A stretch of DNA of 64,000 nt from assembly GCA_964016885.1 (NCBI GenBank), contig OZ024740.1:328166001-328230000 (forward strand), in the 5' to 3' direction. The translations under genes were made by a program, and so were the position numbers. The stretch comes from Eledone cirrhosa (lineage: Eukaryota). Shown here one piece after another: positions 24,420 to 38,149 of the stretch. The number at the start of each line of letters is the position of its first letter. The first letter of the stretch is position 1. The notes under the pieces were generated by a model. The model did no database searches. It was not told where the DNA came from and saw only the letters and a program-made list of their open reading frames with translations.

Positions 24420-25475
24420 TTGAACTGGACACGAAAAGACAGAAAAAACAAAAAAACAAGAAAAATTACGGCTGCATTTAGAAGAAAAATTATACCTACC
24501 ACGAATACAGAGAGGTAGGGATCTTATGCAACTAAAGAAAGCTGTTATAAAATAATCACCCTAGGACAACAAAAATATATAGCAAAAATAATAGAAAGTT
24601 AATACAAATATTCACGAAGCATGAATAAGAAAAGAATTATTTTCTTTCTACAAGAAAACCATGTTCAAAATAGAAGCCGAATTAACAGATAATCATGAAG
24701 AAAATGAAAAAAATAAAAATATATATATAAACAAAAGAAACAACAGAAATGGTGAAACGGATAATGACTAAGTTGAAAACAGATCTCCAGAATTCCATGC
24801 ATAAACGATGGCAAGAAAAAAACCGTATATGACAAGTACCTGAAAAGGTTGAAAAGGGAAGAACTAGACAAGGAAATTAACAAAACTGATTATAAGCGCT
24901 GGATTAAAGCAAGGAATAAGGGAATACAGAAACCGCCAAAAGCACATAATGAAGTAGAACACAGTAACTGCAGTATACGTGGAGATGGAGAAGAAACATT
25001 AAACCACATTTTCTCAGCCGTAGTCAGAAAATGAATATATCCAGAGACATGATAAAGTTGGGGTTTACATACACTGGAAGTTATGCCAATATTACAAAAT
25101 ACCAACAGAAAAGGTGTGATACAAACATAGACAAGAAATTCTGTTAAACAAGGAGATCAAAGCCAACCGACCTGATATTAAAGTCAAAGGCCACAAAAGA
25201 AAGGAATGCCTTCTCATTGACATATCAATCCCCACAGGGAACAATATATTTATCATGGAAATGGAAAAATTATTCAAAAACATAGATGTGGAGATAAATA
25301 TAATTCGAAAGTAGATGATAAAAACAGAAACGAGCCGTACAATAATGGGTGCTCTAGGTATGATAAACATACACAAGCAGGTACATAACACAAACCCTAG
25401 AACATACAAATATATATAGAATACAGAAAATAGCACTACGGGGCATTGCAGAAGTTTGATATCGAAACATTTACC
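24420..25475 (+). mobile_element. Decayed R4/Dong-like LINE 3' region (zinc knuckle and REL endonuclease)
   Basis: LYLPRIQRGRDLMQL; CSIRGDGEETLNHI; YIQRHDKVGVYIHWKLC; EIKANRPDIKV..CLLIDISIP; IMGALGMI. Confidence 0.85.
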
Positions 25476-25661
25476 AGACACACACAAACACCTATGTATA
25501 AATTTATATGTGTATATATATATATATATATATGTAGGAGGTGAGTTTTATTGTAGTACAATAAAGCAATGCAGATATCGGATAAGAAGCACTCTACAGT
25601 TTGTAGGACTGGAGTATACATAATATATAAGATCAAAAGATGGTTAAAGGAGTTCCATGTA

Positions 25662-25728
25662 TTTTATTATGCGCATTTCAAAAACAAACATCATCATGCA
25701 ATAATATTTGTGTTTTCATCAGATAAAA
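25662..25728 (-). ncRNA. Minimal type I hammerhead ribozyme
   Basis: Reverse complement of 25835-25901. Confidence 0.85.
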
Positions 25729-25834
25729 CAGGAGGACATGATATGAAGGCTAAAAAACACTTGTGGATAGTGCATGTTGATTTAAAACTGCACTATCCAC
25801 AAGTGTTTTTTAGCCTTCATATCATGTCCTCCTG

Positions 25835-25901
25835 TTTTATCTGATGAAAACACAAATATTATTGCATGATGATGTTTGTTTTTGAAATGCGCATAATAAA
25901 A
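25835..25901 (+). ncRNA. Minimal type I hammerhead ribozyme
   Basis: ttttat CTGATGA aaacacaaatattat..atgatgatgtttgttttt GAAA t-gcgc-a TA ataaaa. Confidence 0.85.
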
Positions 25902-25933
25902 TACATGGAACTCCTTTAACCATCTTTTGATCT

Positions 25934-26003
<70 letters not shown>

Positions 26004-26324
26004 TGATGATCGAATCCAACCGTGACCATCCCCACTGAAAGTTTCGTGAAATAGTCTTTTAAGACTATACAGAGCATTTGTAGTTTTTCCAAATTGAACG
26101 ATGAGTATTTTAAACTTTATTTTATTCTGAGTTAAGGCTCTATTGATTTTTCCCTGGATTTCACCAAATTCTGTTGGATGAATCTATATCCTGATTCTTT
26201 TTGAATTGAGTTTGAATTATTTCCCCACATCTTACGTTAACTATTTTTTCCAATTTGACGCTATAGACACTTATATATTATGGAATACTGTTGGCTTCTT
26301 GCTACAATGATTTCTATGCTTTTC

Positions 26325-26379
<55 letters not shown>

Positions 26380-27913
26380 ATAGAAACAGAAATTTCTATT
26401 TCAAGCAATAGAAGCAGGTAGTACATCAATTGAACCCAGACTTGTTGAACCCAACTTTCACTCTCACCACTCCATAAAAAATATATAAGAAGAAATGTTG
26501 AGAAAAATACCCATATGTTTAACAGCCCACAACATATGAGAACAGACCTTTATTGATAAGGTTGACATAATCAATCGAAATTTGATAAAGCTTAAATTCA
26601 TTTAATGTAAGAAATATAAAATTATTTATTCTGTCGGAATAAAGAAAAATATAATTTTTAAATATACTTCTTTGCTTTTCCATTTTTATTTTTCACCTAG
26701 GATTTTCAATTTGTATGAAACGTTACTACCTTCTGTATAGTACTACAGAAATATAAGCTGTCCATTAGGAGACTAGTTGAAGAACTGTACTACTAAAAGA
26801 AAGACATACCTACTGATGAGAATTTTACCGTGTATATTTTAACTATGGTAATTAGTAAATTATTTTCTCCATGGTTCGAAACAGCTGTATAGGTATAATT
26901 AGTAATGTAAGCAATATTTTTTATATTCTGATTATTTTTCATTTTTTCAAATGTATTACAAGATATAATTAATCTTGTTTCTGTCATATTGTTGCATGAA
27001 TATAAGACATTTTGGCATCTAATTTCCATTGAGCTTCTTACAGAACAACGAAATAGAGACGTTTTTATTTCGATATATTTTTGCTAGTTTTTAAATACTA
27101 CTTCTTTAATTTTGTTGAGCCGCTCTTTTAGAATGATTTGAGCTATTTCTGTAATATTGTCGTGCACGCACACACGCGCCTCCCCCCACACCCACAGACC
27201 CACACTCACATACACACACATACATACATACATACATGATGGCTGCCCCCTCGTTATTGAGTATGGCCATTGCACGATATAACATTATTAATAATTATCA
27301 ATTAATGCTATAGTGCAATGCCTGTGCGTGAAGATTTCCTTTAAAGTGATGAAAGACTGTGCACTGGGCCAATACTACTCTCTGATAGACAGTAGCTATA
27401 ACCCCAAAAGAAAAGATCAACATCATCGGTAATTACTGAGCCGCAGGTTTTATGTCGGATTTATCCCAGTTTCCTGAGTTGCCTTCTCCTAGAAGAATGC
27501 CCTGACAAAGGCTAGGGGTCCTTCACTCCCACCAGTTTAACCGCACGATCGGGTATCCAGCCCCATTATTTCTATGTCCCCGCGCATATACATACACATG
27601 CATATATGTATATACATATTTACACATTCTTGGATGGCCGTTAACTCTTATGAGTTCTTCCGCCCTTTGTCAGGTTTTGTTTTTTGTCCTGCAAGGTGTC
27701 CAAAATCACCCTCCTCACCAAATAAACTTGGTGGGGTTGACGGTTTAGTCGCCGACGACCCGACCATACATACATACATATATATATGTATGTATATGTA
27801 TATGTATGTATATATATATATGTATATATATATATATGTATATATGTATATATATATATGTATATATATGTATATATGTATATATATATGTATATATATG
27901 TATATATATATAT

Positions 27914-28303
27914 ATATTGTTATACTTGGGGATGGTCATATTGTAATAATATTGCCAGAAATAATAACAGAACACACTCACTGTTTGGTTGGTTTTTGCT
28001 TCTGTATATTTTATATCTCCACCGTTAATTCATTCGGTCCTCAATGTTTACCATTGACTTGTTTATATCTATATTATAGGTGTATTTTTGACCGTTGGTT
28101 AGTCAATGGTAAACATTGATGACCGAATGAACTAACTGTAGAGATAGAAAAGATACAGAATCGAAAACCAACCAAACAGTGAGTGTGTTCTGTTATTATT
28201 TCTGGCAATATTATTACAACAATATGACCCTCCCCAAGTATAACAATATTTGTTTCGACACACGACTTCATATGAAAAACCTCGCAAAACAAATTCGTCG
28301 CCG

Positions 28304-28305
<2 letters not shown>
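27914..28305 (+). mobile_element. Fold-back family B element: arms 27914-28059 / 28101-28249 plus tail 28250-28305, in (TA)n
   Basis: Imperfect inverted repeat of about 146 bp; both arms truncated 3' of the family hammerhead seen at 20259. Confidence 0.82.
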
Positions 28306-28927
<622 letters not shown>

Positions 28928-30235
28928 AAAACAAAACCAAAAACGTATTTATAAATGAGTTAAGACGTTGATAATGATAAGGATAATAGTATTGATGGCA
29001 AAGAAAACGATAATGATGATGATGGGAGTAGGTACGAAGATGACGATGAAGATGATGATAATAATGTTTATTAATGATGATGATAATAATGATTATATTG
29101 CAGCTGCGGGTAGGGCAAATATTTAAAAGAAGATGGTGGCTGTGGTGGTGGTGGTGGAGATTTATGAATATACAAACCTAGATATCAAAATAAGGTTTCA
29201 CATTCATCATAACATATTCACTGTTTATCCTGCACAGATTCTTCCAGTAATTTATGGATCTGTACCTAATGATTTTAGTTACTGTTTATAGTTTGCCCTT
29301 ATTCTTTTGAGTTTAAACAGGTAGTAGTAGTAGTAATAGTAGAGGTAGTAGTAGTAGTAGTGGTGGTGGTAGTGGTGGCAGATATACTGAAAGTATTTCG
29401 TGAGAGATTTACAGTAAGCATTACTGTCTTATAGAATGAAGCTTTCCTGAACAGAAAATACCGTTTCTGACATGGAGTTTATATGTTAAATAAGCTTCTT
29501 AACATCCACCCACACTCGTCATGTACTTGAGAAATCTTTTATCTTCTCAGATTCTGGTCTGCGAAGATAAGACAGACACCTTCTTGGCTGATGGAAATTT
29601 ATAAGATAAACATTCATTTTGTACAGGTGTTGTATATTTTCAGAACTGACTCTAAATATTATCAGGTTAAGTTTAGTTAACAGACATTTCATAGGGAACA
29701 GGTATAATGTCGATCGAAACAGACAAAAAAAAAAAAGGAAGGGCTGAAGAAAATAACTCTACGTAAACATATTTAAAATTGTGTTTATTTAATCTTTGAT
29801 TTGTTACTAGACATAACATTTGCTAATAAATCATTAGACATGTAAAAGGGTCTTTCATACGCCGTACAGCAGTAAATGTAAAAACAACATCACCAACAAC
29901 AAAAGCGCAACGCAGATGTTTAAAAATTGCACCGAATGATATTCACTGTTTCTGATGTGAGACTACGAGAAAAAGTACGAACTGATTCGGCTCTATTTTC
30001 AGTAAAAAGCAAATTATGGGGTTACCTATAATGTTATTGTTGGTGTTTAGCTGCAGGTTAACCCTGATCGAATGGCTAACTTGTGGACTCCAGCATATCC
30101 TTTTAGCTTTGATCTTGAACATCAATTGAAAGTCATACTCGTTAGATTAATGTATAATACACTTATCCATAATAAAATTCTCAGTTCGAACCAGTATGAT
30201 AGAATGTATGTTAATACTTGTTCTTTCAATTACAG

Positions 30236-30430
30236 CAGACCTGTCAACTCTCCCCGTCCGACGGGGAGTTCTCCCACCCACTTTGGGGTGGGTGAGAGAT
30301 GTGTTCTCTTGTGAAAATGGGTATAGCTTTCATTATGTAAAATCTTCCCATTTTGCCTCATTTCTCCCCGTTTTGAATCACTTTTATTCAGGGTACTCCC
30401 CGTTTGGGTTTTTAGAGGGTGGCAGGTCTG
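30236..30430. mobile_element. About 195-bp MITE (copy 1)
   Basis: TIRs cagacctgtcaactct / agagggtggcaggtctg; flanking duplication attacag; second copy at 43253-43449. Confidence 0.85.
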
Positions 30431-31087
30431 ATTACAGGTACAATCCAACTGATGGTCTGCCAGAGAACTTCAGATTCTGTACATTCATTACTCTCTTAGA
30501 AAAAGAATAAACATGTTGTTTTCCCAACAATTTTTCTCCAATCTCAAAACATACAACCACGTCTATGATTTGATATACTTCTCACTCACATGAATTAATG
30601 AGTATCAATTTCCTATATTTTAAAACTGTAAATGACGTGGTGTCTTTCTTAAGAGAAATAATTGTGTAGATATAGTAAAAATGCTTTATCCGATTATCAA
30701 AATTAAGTCAATCTTTAAGTTCTTTTATGGAGTAGAATATTTTCGATTGAAAAAAAATCTTCTTGTGGACATGAAGTACAGTAATAGTTATCCTCAATCA
30801 ACTCTATGCACTACTTGTTGGGTTGTACAAACACTAGAGGGATAGACCAGATGTTTACTGTACTTAATGCCCATCTATCTATCTATCTACTTCAATGTGT
30901 GTTTTTGTTTGTGTGTGCGTGTGTGTGTGTATCAATGTAGGTATATACTTATGTATATATACATACAATATATGTATATACTTATGTATATTCGTGATTA
31001 TATGTATAGTGTGTGGTAGCGCTACAATTTTCACAACTAAATGTCACAAGCTAGAGTATTTTTAATGATTAATCAAGAAATCTCACA

Positions 31088-31132
<45 letters not shown>

Positions 31133-31134
<2 letters not shown>

Positions 31135-31306
31135 CTATCTATCTATCTAAGGCGGGTAAAATTCCCGAGATCCATGGACGAGTTCTCTCCAGCGGTCTCT
31201 GTCCCTCATTATCGCTGCCATGTCCTGCGTCTCCAACAGACCAGTGTCTCTCCTTAGGGCATCAACATACGTTAACCTTGGTCTTCCTCTTCTAGTGTGT
31301 CCATGT
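31133..31306 (-). mobile_element. RTE-like LINE 3' end with (TAGA)n tail
   Basis: Minus strand HGHTRRGRPRLTYVDALRRDTG...MRDRDRWRELV. Confidence 0.75.
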
Positions 31307-33419
31307 ATTTAGGTGTTTGTTACAGTGCAGGTTTAATTATAAAATAGTCGAACGAACAAGTTGGGCATACAGAATTCTAGAAACAGAAAAAAACTTCACC
31401 AACGGAATTCGAACTCAGATCGATCTGTGGTATGTAGACAGCTGCTTGGCTATTACACCTAGTTGTTTCCTTGTTTACACCTCCTGACTGAAAGCCAACG
31501 CTTAAAAATTACCTGTACATTGGTCAGTCTCACTTTGGTATAATTTTAACGCAACAATATGGCAGATGCGAGTTGGATTTCCGCGAGTAACTCTCCACGT
31601 TTTCCCCGTCTCTAGCGGTTTATATATTCAAGTTGTTCGGCTATTTATAGTTAAACCTACGTTGTGGGAGTTTACAATAAGCTAACATACTTTGAAAATT
31701 TAAATTTACTAACGAACGGAATTACAATTATGAAAATATTAACAAATAAGGTGTTGAGGTTTGCTTGAAGCATTGTGGAATATGAGATACAAATACGACT
31801 AAGAAAGAAGTTTGGTTATTTGAAAGCCCGATAATGTGTGTTTGGTAAAAAATCCAAGATAATAAGAAAGTGGGAGGATAAAAAGAACACAGTGAAGTAA
31901 AATAAAAGAGTGTGGACGATAGAAAGTTACCTTAGCAATTTTTAATGATCTCAAATATTTTCGGAGTTTCCCTCTATTATCAATGGGAGTAATAAATATT
32001 TTAAACAAACGTTTATCAACATACTCATAATCTACACACTGAAAGATGTATCTCTTAGAAATTTTATTAAACAGAAAATGCATCCCTAACAAAATTATGA
32101 GTGAACAAAGTAGTAGAAACTAAACTGTGGTTATGTTGATAATCCTTCGTTGTGTTGAAACAGTTACACTTTAAAGTGGGGGGTCTTGTGTGCTTTTGCT
32201 TCATATATTATTTAACTAAATTGGCGGGAGAGGATCTAGAACATTTGCAGGTCCTCTGAGATTGAGAAGATTAAAATAGTTGTGTTCAGTTTAGTGTTCA
32301 TCTCCAAGTCAACGTTTACAGAAACAATCGTGGGCGGCAAAGTCATTTCAGGGGATTGACGTTCTGTGAAATAAAAAATTGGATGGGGTGGTTAGTGTGG
32401 GACCCTTGGGAGATGATACATCATTGGTAACAAGAGGCAGAAACTGTTAGCAATAGATTGTAGGGTGGGGCTTTAGTAATCAGTTGGATAGCCTCCATTG
32501 TGATACAGACAATGGTATCGGTGTGTGTAGAGGCAGTAGTAAGAATTTTGTCATTAGAGCATCGCAGCACTTGTTCCAGCTCTCTGTGTTCAAATGAAGC
32601 CGAGATCAACTTTGCTGGTCGTCCATTTGGAGTCAATAAAATAAATTACCGGCCGATGTTGGTGAGTTGACGGAATTATTAGAGAATAGGATGAGATATA
32701 TTGTGGTATTTGTCCCTGTTTGTTGAGTCATGTGTTCAAATCCAACTGTGATCAAGTTGAGTTGTATACTTAACCCGTCGCTCTGTCTAACACCCCGCAT
32801 TCCTGGACATTGGGTGCTGCTATCCGAGAAGTTCACTCTGTTGTAAGCATTCGGACCATATCTCTTATTGGAGGATACCTTTTTAATTCCCTCTCCCCAG
32901 TCTCAGAGGCCCTAAAAATAGTCATGGCCATCGTCTTTCCCTCTCTGATTAAGCGTTAAAAAATACGATGAACAACAGTATGTGGATCTTTACGTGGAAT
33001 AAACAGTTACACCACATGCAGCCCGTATAAAATACTAATCTAATTATCAAGCAAGCGGATACGACTGGAAGGGTCTAGTATGAGATTCAATAAGAGGGGT
33101 CAAGGACCACGGGAATGAAGAGGGAAATTAAGTTTAAATCGGCAAACTACTAATAATTTGTCACGGCATTACTCAAAACAGAATAAGAACAGCTGACCAG
33201 TCAGTATAGTAATCCTCACAACGAGAGACTCGTAATCTTATTTAAGGCATCTCACTAAGAAAAGGTCACTCTGATATAAAACCTGTGACTTCGTTTGCAT
33301 CCGATGATGTAGACCAGTTCTTCCTTTTGGGTAAATGCACTCCATGTTCAGAGAGTGGGACTGGCCCCGTGCAATGCTTTTGCTCACTTAAAAAAAGCTT
33401 CAAGCATAAGCATCGGTTA

Positions 33420-33785
33420 ATATGTGACATGTTTGCCCTCATGCAAGATAGCGCATCTCCCCATTTTGCATGCACTGCTCGTGAGTGGCTTGATGTTCAA
33501 TTTCCCGGACGTTGACTGGGTCGTCGAGGGCCACATGAATGACCATCAAGAAGCTCTAACTTAACGACAAGCGATTTTTTCCTGTTGGGCTGCTCGAAGG
33601 AAGATGTTTATTAGTTTAAAACCAAAAACTCTGGCATAATTAGAGAAACCATTTGTCATGTAATAACCAACATACCATACCACTTGAGTTTCTGATGAAG
33701 TCAGTCGAGGAGATACCCAGACGATTACAAACACTGGTGGACAACTCTCAGGCTTATGTAGAATGTTAAAAAAATGAAACATGTT
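33420..33785 (+). pseudogene. Tc1/mariner-superfamily transposase relic
   Basis: MQDSASPHFACTAREWLDVQFPGR*LGRRGPHE*PSRSSNLTTSDFFLLG..KEDVY matches the QDGAPPH..FPGRWIGR.GP..WP.RSPDL.P.DFFLWG consensus. Confidence 0.85.
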
Positions 33786-34088
33786 TTTTGAAAATCGTCG
33801 TCTCGCGAGATGGGATGGCTCTTCAGACGCGGCTGCCTCACCATCCTCCGGGAAAACTCCTTCACTATTATATCCGCCAGGACCGCGGGCGGCCAGCACG
33901 TGGGCTCCCATTTGCATATAATACTGAGAGATGGGGGCAGCGAGTGAAAAAGAGAGAGAACATCAATGTGATTTTACAGTCAATAGCAAGGTAGGTAAAT
34001 GACAATTCAACGTGTGTCAATCAATGCTTGGTTGGTCGAGGATTAATAAAGTTATTACAAATTTTAAACAGGCAATTTCTTTCCACCC

Positions 34089-34127
<39 letters not shown>

Positions 34128-34297
34128 GCATCTATACGTGATCAAAACCACTGGATATCGATCTAAACAATTATATAACTGCTATAGATCAGTCAATATG
34201 CCTATATGATCAACCCTCCGAAACGATCGTAAAACAATATTACGAATAGGTAAAATAACTTAAATTTGTTATTATTTTCATTGTTAAATTAGTAACT

Positions 34298-34330
<33 letters not shown>

Positions 34331-34332
34331 TC

Positions 34333-34389
<57 letters not shown>

Positions 34390-34406
34390 CAGATGACCAA
34401 TGTATG

Positions 34407-34442
<36 letters not shown>

Positions 34443-34535
34443 AAGAAAAATATATATATATTCGTATATATTTATATATATATACGAACAGCTGACCAAT
34501 GTATGTATGCATGTATGTATATATATATATATATA

Positions 34536-34628
<93 letters not shown>

Positions 34629-34718
34629 AGACAGTGAGACATATCAATATAGAGAAACAGACGACATTGAAGAAGGTGCGAGGCTGTATCAACTTACAGG
34701 GAATTTCTCTCTTCCCAG

Positions 34719-34773
34719 ATGCAACGTGTTTGTACAGCTGTGTGGGGTTTACCAACAGCACGTGTACAGCTTG
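34719..34773 (+). CDS. Candidate 55-nt exon encoding a Cys-rich (furin-like repeat-type) peptide
   Basis: Acceptor tttctctcttcccag, donor TTG|gtaata; (D)[17 protein letters not shown](C/W). Confidence 0.35.
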
Positions 34774-35848
34774 GTAATAGCAGACGACAACATTGGTGGT
34801 ATCCTCTGTCACACACCAACAATACCACCACCACAGCCCCAAACACACCCACCCATGCCTATCGCCACAGCCAACACCATATCCACCATGTCCGTCACCA
34901 CCGTCGTTAAGAACATCAACGCTACAACGCTATAACAAGCACCAACAACTACAACAACAACAACAACAACAACAACACAACGAACAACACCAACACCATC
35001 TCCAATATCTCACTATCACAACTACCACCATGTCCGCCACCATCGGCGTTACCATCATCAACGCTATAACCACCACCACGACCAACAATACTTCCACGAC
35101 GACGACGACCACCACCACCACCACCAGTACCAACATCTCCACCACAATCGACACCTACACCCACCAACACCACCTATAATACCTCACTATCACAGTCACC
35201 TTTCTCACGTCGTCCATTACCTCGGCCACCAACACCAACACCACCACCACTTCATTGCCACCATCAATTTTTACAACGACCGTCACCACTGCCATCACCT
35301 GAACCAGCAGAAATCCACTACCTCATTACCACCGCATTGCCAACACCACCTCCACAGCGCCCACAACCACCAGCACCACCTCTACAATTACAACTAGTAT
35401 CAAAATGTCATCTACTACTATTACTAAACTAATATTACAACTATTAATACTTCACCCATCAGCCCAACACCCACCTCCATCACCACAAGCCCAACCACCA
35501 CCGCCACGTTAACAACAGCATAAGATTCTCGGAATATGTCACTGATAAAAGAAGTATTTGACACTTTACTGTAAATAATGGTAGAGATATCACATAATAT
35601 ACATATATAACAAAGTTAAATTCCGTATTCACACACACGCACACACACTTTCGTTTTTACAGACTGGCGCCAACATCGAGAAATCATAATTGTGTGTGTG
35701 AGAGTGTGTGTGTATATATATATACATATATATAGAGAGATTTGCGTGTGTATAAACACACTCATAGACACGTATATATATATATATATGTACGCATAAA
35801 CACACTCATTTGTATATATACAAATATTTTTCGTTATTCATTCTCATA

Positions 35849-36027
35849 TATGAGGTTGATACAGTCATCTCTCTGAACTTAAGTTGTGGAAAAATAGCGT
35901 TGTGATGTTCATGCTTTTCCTAATATAATTTGCTAAGTAAGTGAAATAACTACAGATGAATCTGGTCAACACTTCCGATTTGCCAAGTGTCGATATTGCC
36001 TACCATTCATCTAGGTATGCGTACATA
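35849..36027 (+). repeat. 179-bp inverted repeat, left copy
   Basis: Reverse complement of 38806-38984 with 3 mismatches seen. Confidence 0.92.
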
Positions 36028-36030
36028 AAT

Positions 36031-36110
<80 letters not shown>

Positions 36111-36544
36111 ATATGCACACATACATATATAATTACACACATACATACATATATATATATACACACATATATGCACAAATACGCACATACACACACAGAG
36201 AAAATATCGATTATACCATATTAATGTTGAAGATACATCTCATGACATCAGTAGCTGGCAAAAACTGCCGGTAAATTACTATCTTCCTATGAGACACGAT
36301 ATGACAATGAAAAGTATTTTCAATGCTATCCGCCGAAAATATTGCTTAGACATGCCTAAGACTAGAATGTATTAACACCTATAAACATAAGGAATATTGC
36401 AAATAAACACAGCAATCTGGTGCAATTACAACAGACCTGATATAGAACAAGGAATAAAGTTCATATACTGTTGTAGGGGTCAATTGAAGAGCAGATGTGG
36501 CTGTAATATCTAAGGTTGAGAAAATAAAACATCTATAGTGAACT

Positions 36545-36731
36545 AATAATTGTTTCTACATTTGGCACAAGGCCAGCAATTAACCAGTGCATTACTGGTA
36601 CTTTATTTTATCGACCCCATAAGGATGAAAGGCAAAGTTAACCTCGACGGGATTTGAACTCAGAATGGCAAGGGCCGTAACTCTATGCGTCAAAGCATGG
36701 CCTCCGATCCTCTACCGATACTGCCAATCCA
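36545..36731 (-). mobile_element. SINE family 1
   Basis: Matches the reverse consensus. Confidence 0.88.
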
Positions 36732-36792
36732 GTACAGCTCTCGTGTCCGTCCAAGAGATTCACATGTGTATCTATTATTATAGGTGCAGTGA

Positions 36793-37227
36793 AGGGCGGT
36801 GGATTGGCAGTATCGCTAGAGCGTCGGACATTATGCTTAGCAGCATATAGTTACGGCCATATAGATTCTGAGTTCAAATCCCACCATACGGGGTCGATAA
36901 AATAAAGCACCAGTAACGTATTGGGGAGGATTTAATCGACTTTCCCCTCCCCCCAAAATTGTTTGCCTTTCGCTTAAATCAGAAACTATTATAGATGCAC
37001 TGAGGTTGGTGGATTATCAGTATCAGTAGAGTGTCGGACCACATACCTTGCGGCATAGAGTTACAGGCCTTTATGTCCTGAGTTCAAATCCTGCCGAGGT
37101 TAGCATTGCTTTTCATCCTAACAGGGTCAATAAAATAAAGTACCACTAACACACCGGGGTCGATCTAACTGACAAACCCATTCCCTTTAAATTACTGGCC
37201 TTGTGCCAAAAGTTGAAACAATTATTA
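36793..37227 (+). mobile_element. Two tandem SINE family 1 copies (36793-36990, 37003-37227)
   Basis: Two heads and tails, separated and flanked by tattatag.tgca.tg. Confidence 0.85.
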
Positions 37228-37495
37228 TAGCTGCACTGGACTAGGTAAATATAGAATTGAATAAAAGCCAGAAAATTCCCCAAATGAACAAACCAAACTA
37301 AACTGTATTCCCCAAAACCAATCGATTCGCAAATCATTTCGAAGATTCTTCCATGTGAACCTTCTAGAATAAATATATGCAAACAACTACATGCATATGG
37401 CACATTCATAAAGAGGAACCACAACCCCATTCATAGCGCATGTGTGATAGAGGGACAAACTAACTCTTATCACGAGTGCAAGTGTATGCACCTAC

Positions 37496-37532
<37 letters not shown>

Positions 37533-37578
37533 GAAAAAAACGAGAAAGTTTCGTTTACTTATGAAAAAATTTATTGCG

Positions 37579-37664
37579 TAAACCAGCCACTAATAAACTG
37601 GACAAATCTCTGGAACTGTTTTAATTAAAAAAACGATTTGTCCAGTTTATTAGTGGCTGGTTTA
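37579..37664. repeat. 30-bp perfect inverted repeat with 26-nt spacer
   Basis: taaaccagccactaataaactggacaaatc / gatttgtccagtttattagtggctggttta. Confidence 0.9.
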
Positions 37665-38149
37665 AAAACAACTTAATCGTACAAAAACGAATAAAGAGAA
37701 ACATACTTACAAGTAAAAAAATTGTTATCATAAGACATTACAAGGACGTAGGACTATTAACTGTAAGTTTGCATTAAACCCACAAACTTTATATCGCAGC
37801 ATGAAAAGCCATACCATCTAGACTGTAAATGCTTCTCCCCGGGATGATCTGCTGTCATTAGAAGAGGAGTAGAGTGATATCGGGATGTAAATAAACATCA
37901 CAACTGTGATACAGTTTCATTAAATGAATTACTGAATGAGTATTGTACAAACAATTCTCATAAAACATATGACATCACCAGTGAAACTATGTTGACAATT
38001 GTAAAACTACCAAATGGAAAATCACATGTTATTTGTATAAGAAACTTACGTTCTATAGAGAAGCTCTCAACCTGTTAAAAATACAACAATCAATCCTCCA
38101 CCAAAAAAACAACAAAAAAAAAACGAAATGGTCCCTGCATTTGATGCGC

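Larger units (their letters stand above)
25533..25943 (-). mobile_element. Fold-back pLTR element, family D: 155-bp arms (25620-25774 / 25789-25943) plus tail 25533-25619, in (TA)n
   Basis: Arms appear perfectly complementary; a hammerhead in each; same family as 52765-54156. Confidence 0.88.

Noticed and set aside
28116-28190. TTGATGA...CGAAA in a family B arm as a hammerhead
   Set aside because: The core C is missing and the stems do not hold across copies; the family's likelier core lies further 5' (20259-20301).
34793-35520. Mucin-like Thr-rich frames
   Set aside because: Degenerate (ACC)n tract with stops; similar tracts occur on both strands elsewhere in the window.
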